DNA from: Saccostrea cucullata
Lineage: Eukaryota
Length of the DNA: 64,000 nt
Direction: 5' to 3'
Assembly: GCF_032062105.1 (NCBI RefSeq)
Contig: NW_026941340.1
Span: 1-64,000 of the forward strand
This document shows positions 26,854-40,258 of this stretch, one piece after another. Positions within the stretch are counted from its first letter, which is position 1. Each line of letters starts with the position of its first letter. A program made the translations under genes and the position numbers. The notes beneath the pieces are model-generated. The model saw nothing but the letters and a program-made list of their open reading frames with translations, was not told the origin of the DNA and ran no database searches.

Positions 26854-28659
26854 ATTATCTCAGATGTTATTATATAAAATAACGCTTAATTAGTTTAAAG
26901 GGTTTTTTGAAGCTTGGCGTATCTGGTCGCGGTGACATATGACAAATTTGGGAGCGGCCGCCGGGTCGTCTCCCCAACAATCAACAACAAATATTGTGCA
27001 CTGGGTAAATTGCGCGAATGCACAACGCCACGCAAAATGGATACAATGGACCAATATCCCATTTAAATAGTATCCATGTCAAATGAATGGGCCAATGTCC
27101 CATCAAAATGTATAATCAATACAATATGATACAATGGGCCAATATCACATTATAAATGTAAGCAATGTGAAATGCAATATTGTTCAAAGGGCCAATATCC
27201 CATTAACAATGACATCAATGTTAAATCATTACAATATTGTTCAATGGTCCAATATCCCATTAACATATCCAGGTATTAAAAATGTTGAGATTTGATTTAT
27301 CAATGTTTAAAATCAAAGTAAATGCGCAAATAGCGCCACAATGCGCAAATAGCGCCACAAATGCACAAATAGTGCCACAAATGCGCAAATAGCGCCACAA
27401 GATGTCATACGATGTTTAAAATCAAAGTAAATGCGCAAATAGCGCCACAATATGTCATACGAGTTAACAACAGCACTCGTTCATGTGAGGTGGGGTTGAC
27501 GATAACGAACAAACATCATCTTCATGGAACAATCCTGATAGAAAGACATCTGTAACTGCACCGCGACGTTGACGGATGACGGCTGTGTTACGTGCGTCTC
27601 GACTTTTCCTGAAATATATAATGCAAAAACACGGCAGTATCATGATAACAAAAACACACATATAAATTTCAACAGTGAACTGCATAAGAATGTGGTGGGA
27701 GGGTGGGTTTTTTAAAATATCGATCCAAAATTGAAATGATTGTATCGCCTGAACCAACCTACCCATGTGCTCGTCTGCTAACTTAGAAAGGAGGAAATTA
27801 CGTCACGTATACCATGTATATATAGTCACTGTGGCAATTCTAACAAAAAAAAACTGGTATGCGCAACCCGGATTATTCCGCGAAGCACATATTCAATCTA
27901 AAATGGGCAATACACATGTATCACTGATGTGCATTCCTTGACGTTGCTTGAATATGGGTTATTATCTCAGATGTTATTATATAAAATAACGCTTAATTAG
28001 TAATTTAAAGGATTTATTTGAAGTTTGGCGTATCTGGTCGCGGTGACATATGACAAATTTGGGAGCGGCCGCAGGGTCATCTCCGAAACAATCAACAACA
28101 AATGTGGCGACCCCAAATTGGCTTAATATTGTGCACTTGATATATTTCGCGAATGCAAAACGCCACGCAAAATTGTTGGGTTGGATACAAGGTCCAATAT
28201 CCCATTTAAATAGTATCCATGTCAAATGAGTGGGCCAATATCCCATCAAAACTGTTATAATGTCAAATCAATACAATATGATATAATGGGCCAATATCCC
28301 ATTAACAATGTAAGCAATGTGAAATGCAATATTGTTCAAAGGGCCAATATCCCATTAACAATGACATCAATGTTAAATCATTACAATATTGTTCAATGGT
28401 CCAATATCCCATTAACATATCCAGGTATTAAAAATGTTGAGATTTGATTTATCAATGTTTAAAATCAAAGTAAATGCGCAAATAGCGCCACAATGCGCAA
28501 ATAGTGCCACAAATGCACAAATAGTGCCACAAATGCGCAAATAGCGCCACAAGATGTCATACGATGTTTAAAATCAAAGTAAATGCGCAAATAGCGCCAC
28601 AATATGTCATACGAGTTAACAACAGCACTCGTTCATGTGAGGTGGGGTTGACGATAACG
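26854..28659 (+). repeat. Direct duplication of a ~650-700-bp unit (26854-27507 and 27961-28659) with internal minisatellites
   Basis: Near-identical copies containing GGCCAATATCCCAT and AATGCGCAAATAGCGCCAC repeats. Confidence 0.9.
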
Positions 28660-29955
28660 CCACATGCTCGCAAGAGCATCCGCCACCAATGACACAAATT
28701 GGTGACGGCGTCGTCACTTCCTCACCTCTGTCACCACTAACCAGCGCCTTTTATAGTTAAGCTTATTTTTGTCCTAATCATTTAAGTAGCTATGGTCATG
28801 ATAAAGGTACCCCTTTTACTTACCTTATTAATACTTTCCTTATTTATGGAAAAGCACAGCAATTATTCTAACTTAAAGACAGCCAAATGATTTTCAATTT
28901 TTGACAAAAAACATTGTGTGTTGCCTGCTATTGGATCGAGGCATGATATCGGGATTAGATGGATGAATTTTCTAATGCGACAGACTTGATAATATGACAG
29001 TATATTGTATATTTTCAAGGATGGCAGTTGGACATTATATCTACAACCCTTTCTACCTAACATAGTTTTGTAAGATCTGTGAACAATTCTATTGCGGTAT
29101 TTGTGCACGATATTGATTCTTGTTCAATGATGCTGAAAAGGACATATTGGGGGGGGGGGGGGGGTAAAGATGTTCAACTGATAAGAATCACACATTGTTT
29201 GTATCTATGCTTGAACACAACCGAAAGATGTGCGTAGTCAGAGCACTTGTATTCAGAAATTACAATGAAAGTAGATGTTAAACTGTTCTCAGCATGTGAG
29301 CACGACAGGCCATGCGCCTGTATGGTATATATTCTCCCATGTATGGAAAACTAATTAATGCCTTATTGTAAACGATGTAAAAAAAATCATGCTTATTGAT
29401 TAAACATGATGAATCAGATGATTTGCATGCTAAAGGGGGATTGATAATTAGTATTTGACCGATAATTACAGGCTTATTGAGCCTGAGTGATGATATTATA
29501 CCTATTTAAGATCATGGAAATAGGTGTTTGACTTTCCCTTTCTGTTAGATTTTCCATTCCTTTCAAGACGCTTAGACTTAAAGAGGAGAATACCGTATAT
29601 TAAAATGAATCTATATTAGAATGTTCTTAACTTGACCGATGTTTAAGTTACCCTTAAATAGGGTAGTTCCCCGACTGTACGTATAAAGTCCCCTAATCCC
29701 GGTGTACTCTTTTCTCATCCTCGGCTATAAAGTTTGCTATATAATCGTTTAAGTAACTTCTTACCCTTTGTCCTAAAAGACGGCTACATGTATAGGCAAT
29801 TGACATGATTGCTACCACACTAATTAGATAGAGGCAGTAAATTGCTAAAGGGATAATAGGATCTGCTGATGTGGTATTGGCTACCCTAAGTTCATTTTGT
29901 TCTTGATTAAACGTATACTATTACAAGCCTATTGTGGCTATATACGGCGTTACGA

Positions 29956-31955
29956 ATATATATATATGTTTATTCACCAATCAAGGGCCCACAGGGGGCA
30001 TGAACAATTATTACAAAATGATAACATTGATTACAATTCTATATTAAGGATAATGTAACATGACTTGTGATTAAGTTTGACATTGAGAAGTGCATCACCA
30101 CACTGGATCAAAAGCATAGAAACCATAGAATGATAAAAGAAAACACAATTAAATAAAAATGATAGATATAAGGTAAATTAAAAAAAAAAAAAAAAAAAAA
30201 AATCTTGTAGTAATGGCAGTACTCTAATATAAAACTAGTGCATCTTGAATACAAAGGGCACCAGGGGATGATACCTCTACACAGCCAGTCTGGCAAACCT
30301 GTACCCTAAGTATTGAAGATGGTCATTCAAAAAAAAAAATCATTTAAGTATTAACAGAAATAGTAATTTCAATTAATAAGTACTTAGCATATAATTAGAA
30401 ACTTAATGCAAACTAATCTCTTGGAGTTAGTTCAATAGATATTTGACATATGCATACCCACATACACAAACACACACTTACTGTTACACAAATCCATGCA
30501 TACAAAAATAATAATTTATATACAAATATATGTATGTATAGTATATATTATAAACATACACTTATTGTTACACATATCCATGCATACAAAAATAATAATT
30601 TACACACAAACATATGTATATATATAAACAAATGGTACTATCCTGTATAAATGTAAACCTGTGATCTTGAAGGTAGCATACAATTAATGTAAAGAAAAGG
30701 TAACTTGGATACAGAGGGTACCAGGGGACGATGCCTCTGCACAGCCGATTATACTGGCAAACCCGTACTCTAAGTATTCAAGACACCCATTCTGACTGAT
30801 TCTGTACATTTAAGAAGGGAATGAGGGGACACATTAAATTTCAAAAAAAAAAAAACAAAAACAAAAAACAAAAAAAAAACAAACAAACCAGGTTTACTAA
30901 TACTTTTCATACGTCAGCTCTCATAATCATTTTACTGACTTGAATCAGTATTTGCACATCCTCATTAGTCATGAGCCAATTTAACTTATTTTCACTGTCC
31001 AAGTTGTGGAAATTCTTACAGGAATCGTTTATTAATTCATACAAGACTTTTCTTTCATCCTTAATGTGATTACATGAAAAGAGAAAATGTTTCTCATCAT
31101 CAACTGTTTTGTTATTGCATCTATTGCAGTGTCTTTCTTCTCTAGGAATACCTATATATCGACCCCTTTCAATATTAAGTCTGTGAGCTGATATGCGAAA
31201 ACGAGTAAAACTTCTCCTCTGCTCAAAATTCTTAATTAAATTAAGATACTTTTCTTGACCAAAATTTTGTTTAAAAGTGCTATAGCATCTCAGCTTTTTA
31301 TCAGAGTGTGATTTAAGTTGAGAATTCCACTCTTGTATATAATATCTAAATAAACAATCTTTAAGTTCACGTTTGGATTTATGCATTTTGACTGAAGTTA
31401 AATCACGAATACCCTCGATATTGGTAATAAGAAAATTAATGGAGCTGTACCAAGAAGGGATGTTTTTCTCAAACAATGATTTGGATTCACAATATGCATC
31501 TTTTAAAATTGGGAAAGAATGGCGTAGATTTTCAAGCCTATACCAGTACCTTATCATTGATCTTACAATGTCAAAGTGCAGGGGAAATCTACCTAAATCA
31601 GACAATACAGCAAAATTAGTTGCAGTTTTATGCACACCTAGTACTGATTTACAAAATTTCAAGTGGAGTTTTTCACAGAATAAGTTGGAGTATATTTTAT
31701 CAATAGTACAATTGGGTATGCTATTTTTTTTGTAAATGGATTAAAACAACCCCAAACTTCAGATGCATACAATAAAATAGGTTTAATTGTATGGTCAAAA
31801 ATATGAATAGTGGTTTTAACCTCAGGATTCAGGGAAATGAAATTTTTCCTGTGTTTAAAAAATGATTTTAATGCTTTTTGATAAAGCTGCTTTTGAGCAA
31901 AGGAGAAAGAACCCGAAGAACAAAATGTCACACCTAGATATTTGTATTCAGACAC
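29956..31955 (-). mobile_element. 5'-truncated, frameshifted non-LTR retrotransposon (RTE-X-like) with ~950-bp 3' UTR
   Basis: EYKYLGVTF, IKPILLYASEVWG, frameshift, KFCKSVLGV...LGRFPL, FRISAHRLNIERGRY, RHCNRC...DDEKHFLFSC. The 3' end has a GC hairpin, AATAAA and a (TA)n tail. Confidence 0.9.
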
Positions 31956-32439
31956 ATAAAACCTACACTGTTTGTAAATTTGACAAAAACTTAGATGATC
32001 CATGCAATGAGGTACAAAGCTCTGTCAGATGATGATGGCTTATTAAAATTGTGAACCAGATATACAAGAATTAATTTTTTATTTTGACATGTAAAGGAAG
32101 TCTCGTCATAATGGATTCATCCCCGATGTCGGTGAATAGCTGTAGAGTATCATGAGAACTCCCTTCAGTATCATTCTTAGCCCGAAATTCCAATCACATA
32201 TGAATGTTTAGTTATCTAGCTTTAGTAACCTATTGACAAGGTTTAAAATTTAATGCCAAGCATATTACAGTAAGGCCTGGTTGATGCACGGCTAAGCGGT
32301 ATGGCCCTTTGGGGGGGGGGGGTGTTGTTCTGATAAGATTTGCGTTTTGTAGCTGTGAATCGAATTTACATAATGTGCCTATTTCTAGCTCCAAGAGCAC
32401 TAAACATGTTGTGAACCCCTGGGCTTTATCCATTTTAAG

Positions 32440-33209
32440 CAGTGTTCGAAATTCGTAATTATTTTCAGTGGGTCCAAAGGACCCACTGATAAAGGGTCTA
32501 CACAAGTCCTTCCAAGGCAGCATAGGTCCAAAAATAATACCATAAAATATTTTAGGAAAATAAACTTTAATTGACAATCTTGGTAAGTTTATTGATTCCC
32601 TATCATTTATTTAACAAAAAAAAAATATGTTAATATTACTGTAAACACACTTCTTGTCCCCTGTAACATTAAAAAAAAACCAGGATCTGTCTGTGGGGTT
32701 TGTTTCTTGCTAATGTACGATCTCACATATTGAAGCATAATATTCTATTTAAAACATTCATTTTCACTTTCCCTATAAATACCTAAATAAAGAGGGCCAA
32801 ACATCCCAGGACTGAAGTAACCAGGTGGGATATTTACAGTAGACACCCAACATGGCTGTCTTGCGCTAGAAAACGAAGCTAAACAAATTGGGGGAGGGAC
32901 TCAGGGAATGCTAGATGATGTAAAAGTGATCATTCCTCTTCATATTTAAGTGAAGGTTGACTAGGATGACAAAATTATATTTCAACTAAAGCTACAATTA
33001 GCATTCTGTATAAAAATTGCATCAGCTGATTGAAACAGATATAGTAGCAATTTATATGTAGGAAAGAAACATATTTTTAGGCCTTTTTTCTTGGCAAATC
33101 ATCATCGGCCCAAAATCATTTCAAGGACCCATTGAGTCATACTATACATGAGTCCTTCCGTTTGTACGTCGGCGCAGGACCGACGGGCCGACGCTAATTT
33201 CGAACACTG
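32440..33209. mobile_element. Non-autonomous hAT element
   Basis: 14-bp TIR CAGTGTTCGAAATT and 8-bp TSD ATTTTAAG on both sides. Confidence 0.92.
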
Positions 33210-35144
33210 ATTTTAAGATGTATACCTATTTGAGCACACAGGCAAGTGCCTGCCCATCCTGCAAAAATATTGATATTTTAATAGATAAGTGATGTGTTTT
33301 ACCTTAACCTGCTTATTTTGTAAGCGACCATTACACTAATGTAGAGAATGTATAATATATTATAATACATGTAAATTGATGTAATATGGAAATACTAGTA
33401 TTTTGTCCATGGATTAGCCTATAGGCTTCCCTAAAATAAAGTCCTAACAGCTTACTTCCTTTTGTATATATACCAATATATGCGTTTGCCTTATCTGTTT
33501 TAGAAAAAATGGTCCTGTAAGTCTTCGAAACATGGCATCAACTGTGTCGAAAGTTATTCAGTGTTAAATGTTGTTCCCCTTGGGTCTATGTGTGCGTGCG
33601 TTATTGTTAAATGGAAGTAGGTAGGTAAAAAGCGTGATCGAGCGCGAGCAACCATATCGTCCCGGTTGGGGATATTTTGAGGGATGGGTGTTTGTAATCG
33701 GGTCAAATTACATCCCCAGACTCAACTACCCCTTACTCTCATTTGGCCGGAAAAACGTCCCCATTTTGATTTTCCGATACGAAGTTAGTAGGAGAAATAG
33801 TTTTAGTCCCCGTTTATAATAACTCAAATTCTGATTTAAAACCCTTGTCCAAAGCACTGCACGACTGCTCGTTTTAAGTCCAAAAGAATTTTGAGAGTAC
33901 CTGAATTATGACTTAGTGTGCTTAATCTAAGACAGTAAAGGCGTTGATTATGAGATTTAAATGACTGTGCATTCCTATGCACTTGTGATGACCTTATGCA
34001 AGTGTTAGACTGACACATGCTATATTTCATGCACCTGTAATCATACGGATAGTTTTTCCTGTAACGTTATTAATTTTGTAATTAGCATAAAATGTTTATT
34101 ATTATTATTATTATTTGTTATTTTTATTTTGTTATTTCACCCTAAGAAGGCGGGCCACTTATTCGTGACCACCCCTTACCTAAAGTTCGCCTTTTGAATT
34201 ATGGCCTTGTCTTTGCTTGTGCGTGTCCAAAATTTTGATTGAAACTTTATAACAAAAAAACTTGTCTATTCATTTCAATTTGTTTAAAGTTAATTGAATT
34301 TATTTTATGAATCAATGTATAATTATATATTTTTAAAGAACGGCTTGTACAGTCTAGTTAGAATAAAACGTTTATTATTTCACCCTATGAAAGAAGGCCA
34401 CTTACTCGTGACCACCCCAACACGAGGCAGTGATAATGGATAAATTATATAAATGTATGGTTTTTCATCGAAGTGATTTAAGCAAGAGTTATTTCCCCAC
34501 GGCCGGCATTTTGTGTTGTAGGTCGACATTCCAAGCTTCCTGGCTTCATAACATTCTAAGTTAAATTTGTTATTCTGGGCACCGGAATAACGATAACATT
34601 TTTATTTTTTGTGATAATACATTTGTAAAAGCCGCTTTCAATTCACATCAATGTTCATTTGAAAATTAGACCACTAGGCTTAGTTAACCTTCAATCCGAT
34701 GAAAGCATGCGTAATGGATATAATCTTTCAGTGAAAATGGACAAATGTACTCTATTTGAGAAAACACTGGTAGGCTAAAACGTATTTTCTTTTTTAAAAT
34801 ATCGATCCAAAATTGAAATGATTGTATCGCCTGAACCAACCTACCCATGTGCTCGTCTGCTAACTTAGAAAGGAGGAAATTACGTCACGTACCAAGTATA
34901 TATAGTCACTGTGGCATTTCTAACAAAAAAACTGGTATGCACAACCCGGATTATTCCGCGAAGCACATACTCAATCTAAAATGGGCAATGCACATGTATC
35001 ACTGAGATAAAATCCCATATTCCTTGACGTTGTTTGAATATGGGTTAGTATATATCACTTTATAGAGTATTAAATAAATTAATATCAGTAAGGTAACATT
35101 GGATAAATAACACGACGGTCGTCTAGATTTTCTCGACTGACACA

Positions 35145-37441
35145 TTTTTATGTTCCCCAAACGAAGTTTGGGAACATATTGTTTTTACTTTTTCTGAATT
35201 TTTTCTTTGTTCTCCGGTACTTTTTTGTCCGCGAGTGTTCTCGTAAACTACTCATCCGATCTAGGTGAAACCTTTTTAGGGTCACTAGGTATGTTGTGTA
35301 GATGTGCGGAACGAAGGTCATTTTGCGCGCACGTGCGTGCAGGTGCGCTCACGTGTAACACGTGAAATGATCAATATAATACATTTAGCCGTAACTTTTT
35401 AAATATTGGATGAAATGCTTTGAAACTTATAATATAAGGATATAATAGTAGTATAGACATGATGACATGGTCAAAATAGCAAGATCTCACGCGCATGCAG
35501 GTGCCCTTCGCTGCGATTGGCTGAAACTTAAAGTCTAAATATCTATTTTGTTTTCTGACAAAATCCTTTGAAATTTTGAACATAGTCTTACATTATGAAG
35601 ATCTACAGCATGATATATAAGAATAATCATGAACGCACGCACATGCACGTGTGCTGCAATCTGATTGGCTAAAACTTTAAATGCCTACAACTTTCTTGGT
35701 TCTCAATAATACAGGGTGAAATTTCAAATATGAATAGATATAATGATTGCCTACATTATACTACTATCAAAAGTATTACATGGACGTGCATGCACATGCG
35801 ACCGCACACAATGTATTAAAAGACAGTATACTTGAGTGTTTGATGTTCATGCAGAATTAAGAACTTCTAAATGTCAAGACATGTAACATACTGAAGCATG
35901 CAGATCTTTTTACCCTTGACCTTGAAACTTAGGTCAAGGTCACTGGTAACCTGAATAAAATGTTGATATTAACTATTTACCAAAATCACCTTGACCTATG
36001 AACTTGAAATCGACCTTAACCTTTGTCCTTGACCCAAGGGTAAAAAGAAACATGAAGTACATGTACATGTATCTAGAAACACCTTTCAGAGTTTATTTCG
36101 GTTGACAGGTTAGAAGTTAAAGAGGTGGTGGTTTTTAATGACCTTGACCTTTCATCCAAATGTCACAATCAATCTTAAGTTCTTGGAATAAGATACAAGA
36201 TTCAACTCCAACGTTAAATAGGTTAAGAATAAAAATACCCCCCCCCCCACACACACACACAAACAAATCAAATTAATGGCAACGTAGAGAATCACTGTTA
36301 AACTCAAATAACACCTCGGACCCACATAATATTTCAGGAAAACTGCAGAAAAGAGCTCGAGGAAAGTGTATTAAAATATTTCATTTGAGTTTCCAAAGTA
36401 TATAGAAATTATTAATTTATACAGAAAAAATCACAAATCCTGTCGTGTTTAAAATTAAAGTGCAGATGACCAAAGTTGGCATATAAGCCTTTTATAGCCT
36501 ATTTTTTCAGATGTCGTTAATAGCATTCGATTCTACTGATTTGAAATAATATTTTAATACCAAGCATCCTTTGTTTAATTTACCTTTGAAATTTATTTGA
36601 ATTTTTTTTAGAATTACGCAATCCCCAGAAATAGCGATTTTAGGTATATTAAAAAATCAATATACATGTACGCTCCTTCGTAAAATAATCAGATATTTGC
36701 ATTCATGAAAAAAATATTAATAAGAAGGTGTTAAACAATATAGGTCACATTAGCTGACACGAATGTCTTTTTAAACATCTCTTGTAAAACCCAGAGAGTA
36801 GCCCCCTATGCATTGGAAAAAATGAATAGTTCCGGTTCAAAAAACCTTTATATATTTATTTACAAAGTATATAAAATTTACCAGGCACAGGTATCAGAGT
36901 TGTCAAAATGGCCTGAGAGGAAATATTAAAAAAATTCTGAACAGAAAGGAAAATCCCTTTTCCATGTATGGAACTACTATTGAATAAGTTCATTTTGATT
37001 GGTTAGGTATTGGTGTGATACCCTTAGTCGACTTTAACCCTGCCTTGTCGTCGGAATAAAACCAACTTTGAGCCCGAGGTTTAAATAAGTAGAGAAGTAA
37101 AATGTGAATCGATATATTAAAAATATGACATATGCTTGAGAAATGGTAAATTTATGTATGTATTTTTTTCTTTGATTCGCGGGATAGAAAGATATGTTAA
37201 TCGCTTAATCAACATGCCATAATCATCTTGCATATGCATGTACATGTACGTGTGCGCGCATGCAAAACGTTAAACAATATATCGTTGATAGTTGATATCA
37301 TTGTAACTTTTATATTCTTCAATGAAATCTTGGGATACTTAGCATATTTATAAAAGGTCTTAGAGGAATAAGGCACGATAAGGGACATGGGGAGCGTTTG
37401 GGGAACATCTGTAACGGTCCCCGTTACAATTAGCACTAGTT
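35145..37441 (+). mobile_element. Helentron-associated element (HINE), ~2.3 kb
   Basis: T-run, then subTIR TGTTCCCCAAACG within a 5' palindrome. The 3' end has subTIR CGTTTGGGGAACA, hairpin TGTAACGG..CCGTTACA and terminal CTAGT-T-run. Confidence 0.8.
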
Positions 37442-38582
37442 TTTAATGAAATAGTAAACAAGAATTTTTTTTTAAATTTTGTCTTAATTTATTTGTAATT
37501 GATAATTATTTTTATTTAGTAAACTAGCACATGGTGTGTAAAATTATATACTAAGCGTCAAATAAAAAGGTTTCGGATACCTACGAGCGGTTAACTAGAA
37601 AAATGATATTGAAAATTTGATTAAAAAAAAATACACACGTGTATATCTTCTCTTTAAATTTATTTACTATATAACATACTTTTCCAGTCGTATATCAGCA
37701 TGTCCGACTTTGGAAAACAAAGAAAACAATGCATTTGTCACCCATTTATTCGTAGTGCTTACTGTCACTCTTATCACATTATCAGCACCGTAATGGCGGC
37801 CGACGACAACGCCGCCGTGTGACAAAGCGCGATAACTATGTAAAACTTGTGAAAAAGAATCGTGTATATGCCCCAACTTAAATCCGCCACTGAGTCAAAG
37901 CCTAGTTACTTTCCAATAATGAGTTGTCACGTATAATATACTCACTACTGTAGGTCTATATTCTTTATTGTGGTTACTAAAAATAATAATGGCAAAGCTA
38001 AAAGCAGTTGCCAACCTATAATTTTTAGACTGGGTAGTAGGAAGGTAGTAATATAAAAGGCATTTTAAAAAATAAAATGTTTTCAGATTTTTAATTTCAG
38101 ATTTCAGATAACAAATAATAGAGCTTTTCATAGACTGTCCCCCACTAAATATGAATAATCTCCACTCTTTATCTCTTGTCAAAATCACAGCTGTTTGGAA
38201 AACAACAATTGAACAAAGTCAAAAATAAAATATAGTTTTAATGTCCTTAAATATTGAGAAAAAATTATTACAAGTGGCGTGAAAAAATTAATTGTGTCAG
38301 GTGCGTTTTCTATTGGACAGTAGGCAACTGCCAACAAACAAATATTTATTTAAGGCCCATGTTTTAAAATAATTAGTAAATATTGTACATGTGTATGCTA
38401 TACTTACAGGTATTTGCTAGTAATAAGCAGATGGTACTCCATTATACTGCACTGATAGCTTCTCAAAGATTATGAAATTAATATGATACATGCAAACAGG
38501 TAAGAAAATTCTAGAATAGAGGGAAATATTTGTTGCAGATGTACCGGGTCAACAGGTGTGTGAAAGTCAGTCAAAATATTGG

Positions 38583-38655
38583 GTCTCAATAGCTCAGTGG
38601 GTTAGTTTGCTGGCAATGTACGCCAGAGGCCCTGGGTTTGAGTCTTGGTTGAGAC
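38583..38655 (+). pseudogene. tRNA-derived sequence; mirror copy at ~44740-44812
   Basis: GTCTCAA...TTGAGAC closing stem, A-box TAGCTCAGTGG and degenerate B-box GGTTTGAGTC. Confidence 0.5.
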
Positions 38656-40258
38656 TTCACTTTTCACCACCTGTTACAGTTGTATATATTGATATATGAA
38701 AATAATACATGTATTATATTGTCACATTGTACTATAGCAATTGTGTGAATTATTGAATGCATAGAAAAACCATTAGCATTCAGACTAAATTAAGTAAAAT
38801 TATAGTTAACTTTGTTAATTCATAGAATACTTGTGACTTGTGTAATAAAATATGTTACAGACATAATGAACAAAATGTTATTGAACTGACATTTTTGAGT
38901 TTTTCTGTAGGCACAGTTAAAATGTCAATCATCACAAGATCAAACTTCAGTACCAGAGTAACCCTAAATCAATTATCATCCTGATTTGTCAAAAGACTAC
39001 ATGTAAGTAATTTGTATGAATATTTTAATTAATTTGGACTCTTTAATCTTAACAATTATATCAAAGCTGCACATATTTAATTTTTGCCATCTAAACCAGA
39101 GTTCAATATTACAGAGAACAGTTTAGAGGTGGAAACTGATAGATCATTTGAAGAAGATCCTGTTAAAGTAGTCATAAATATGTTTCACAAAACAATGAAC
39201 ACCTTGTTACAGCATCCTATCTTGAACAGCCTAGAACAGGTATTTGTTACTTTCACTCAAAATGTTTGAAAACTCTAACAATACACAACTTGTAAGCTAA
39301 ACTCCTAAGTTCAATATTACAGAGAACAGTCTGGAGGTGGAAACGGGTGGATCACTTTTAGAAGAAACTGTTAAAGCACAGAGACATGTACCAAGGAACA
39401 ACAAGACATGATTGTTGCAGCATATCTTGAACAACCTGGCATAAGGTATTTGTCACTAAACTCAGGTCTAAAGAGTACAAATGTATTCACATATTTTTAG
39501 GTCACCTGAGTAAACTCGAGTTCAGGGTTTTGGTGCTAGGGCGGGGCTCTAATGAAAGATTATAAAGTAAAAAATGCATGAATTCCTCGAAAACCTTTTC
39601 CTTTGCTCCTGGTTATTATGTCAGTGTTCTAATTAAGTACATATTAATGATGATGAAAGGTGCCTTTTCCAAAATGGTTAGTTTCAGATCCCCTGGGTCA
39701 GGGTACTTGGGATTGGGGTGGAATCACATAGTCTATAAATAAATTAATGCTTTGAAATTTTCTTTTTGGTAATAATCAACCGTTTATGTTGAAATAAATT
39801 TTATGATAAAATTTCCAGAATTTTGAAATATGTGCCCCCAGGGTCAGTGGTTCCTGTAGGGTAGTCTGTGCACAACTGGTTAAAAAGTGGAAATACATGT
39901 TCTCTTTGTTACTATGATCTAACTCTGGGTATTAAGTAACTAAAGTAAGCAAGCTAAGTGTATTTTAAATTCTTGGCCATAACATAATAACTAATAATTG
40001 TAAACGTAAGATCTAAAGATCTCAAAATTCAATCTCTGTGACTTTGACACAGTTATTTCACTGCCTCTGGTGATAGTAAAGCAGCCTTTTTATTTAGAAT
40101 ATATCTTCATGGAAGTTATTATTTTATATTTTAAAAGCATATCACGATATCTACAATTCAAATTACCCTATGTTAGAGTTGGGATATAGTCCTTTAGACC
40201 TTTCAGTCACAAACAATTTTTGTCTATCTAAATGTTTCCATTATAGAATTGTGATTTA

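Larger units (their letters stand above)
25366..37864. mobile_element. 12.5-kb unclassified insertion at a TA/TATA site, with nested elements
   Basis: Absent from the right arm, and it splits a MITE that is contiguous at 50333-50636. Ends TA|CTCTATTCTC ... AAGAATCGTG|TA form a weak TIR, with GCCGCCAT/ATGGCGGC subterminal motifs. Confidence 0.75.
16432..39963 (+). repeat. Left arm of giant inverted repeat
   Basis: Shared blocks 16432-16926, 18066-18798, 22866-25365 and 37865-39963 each match the right arm in reverse complement. Confidence 0.95.
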
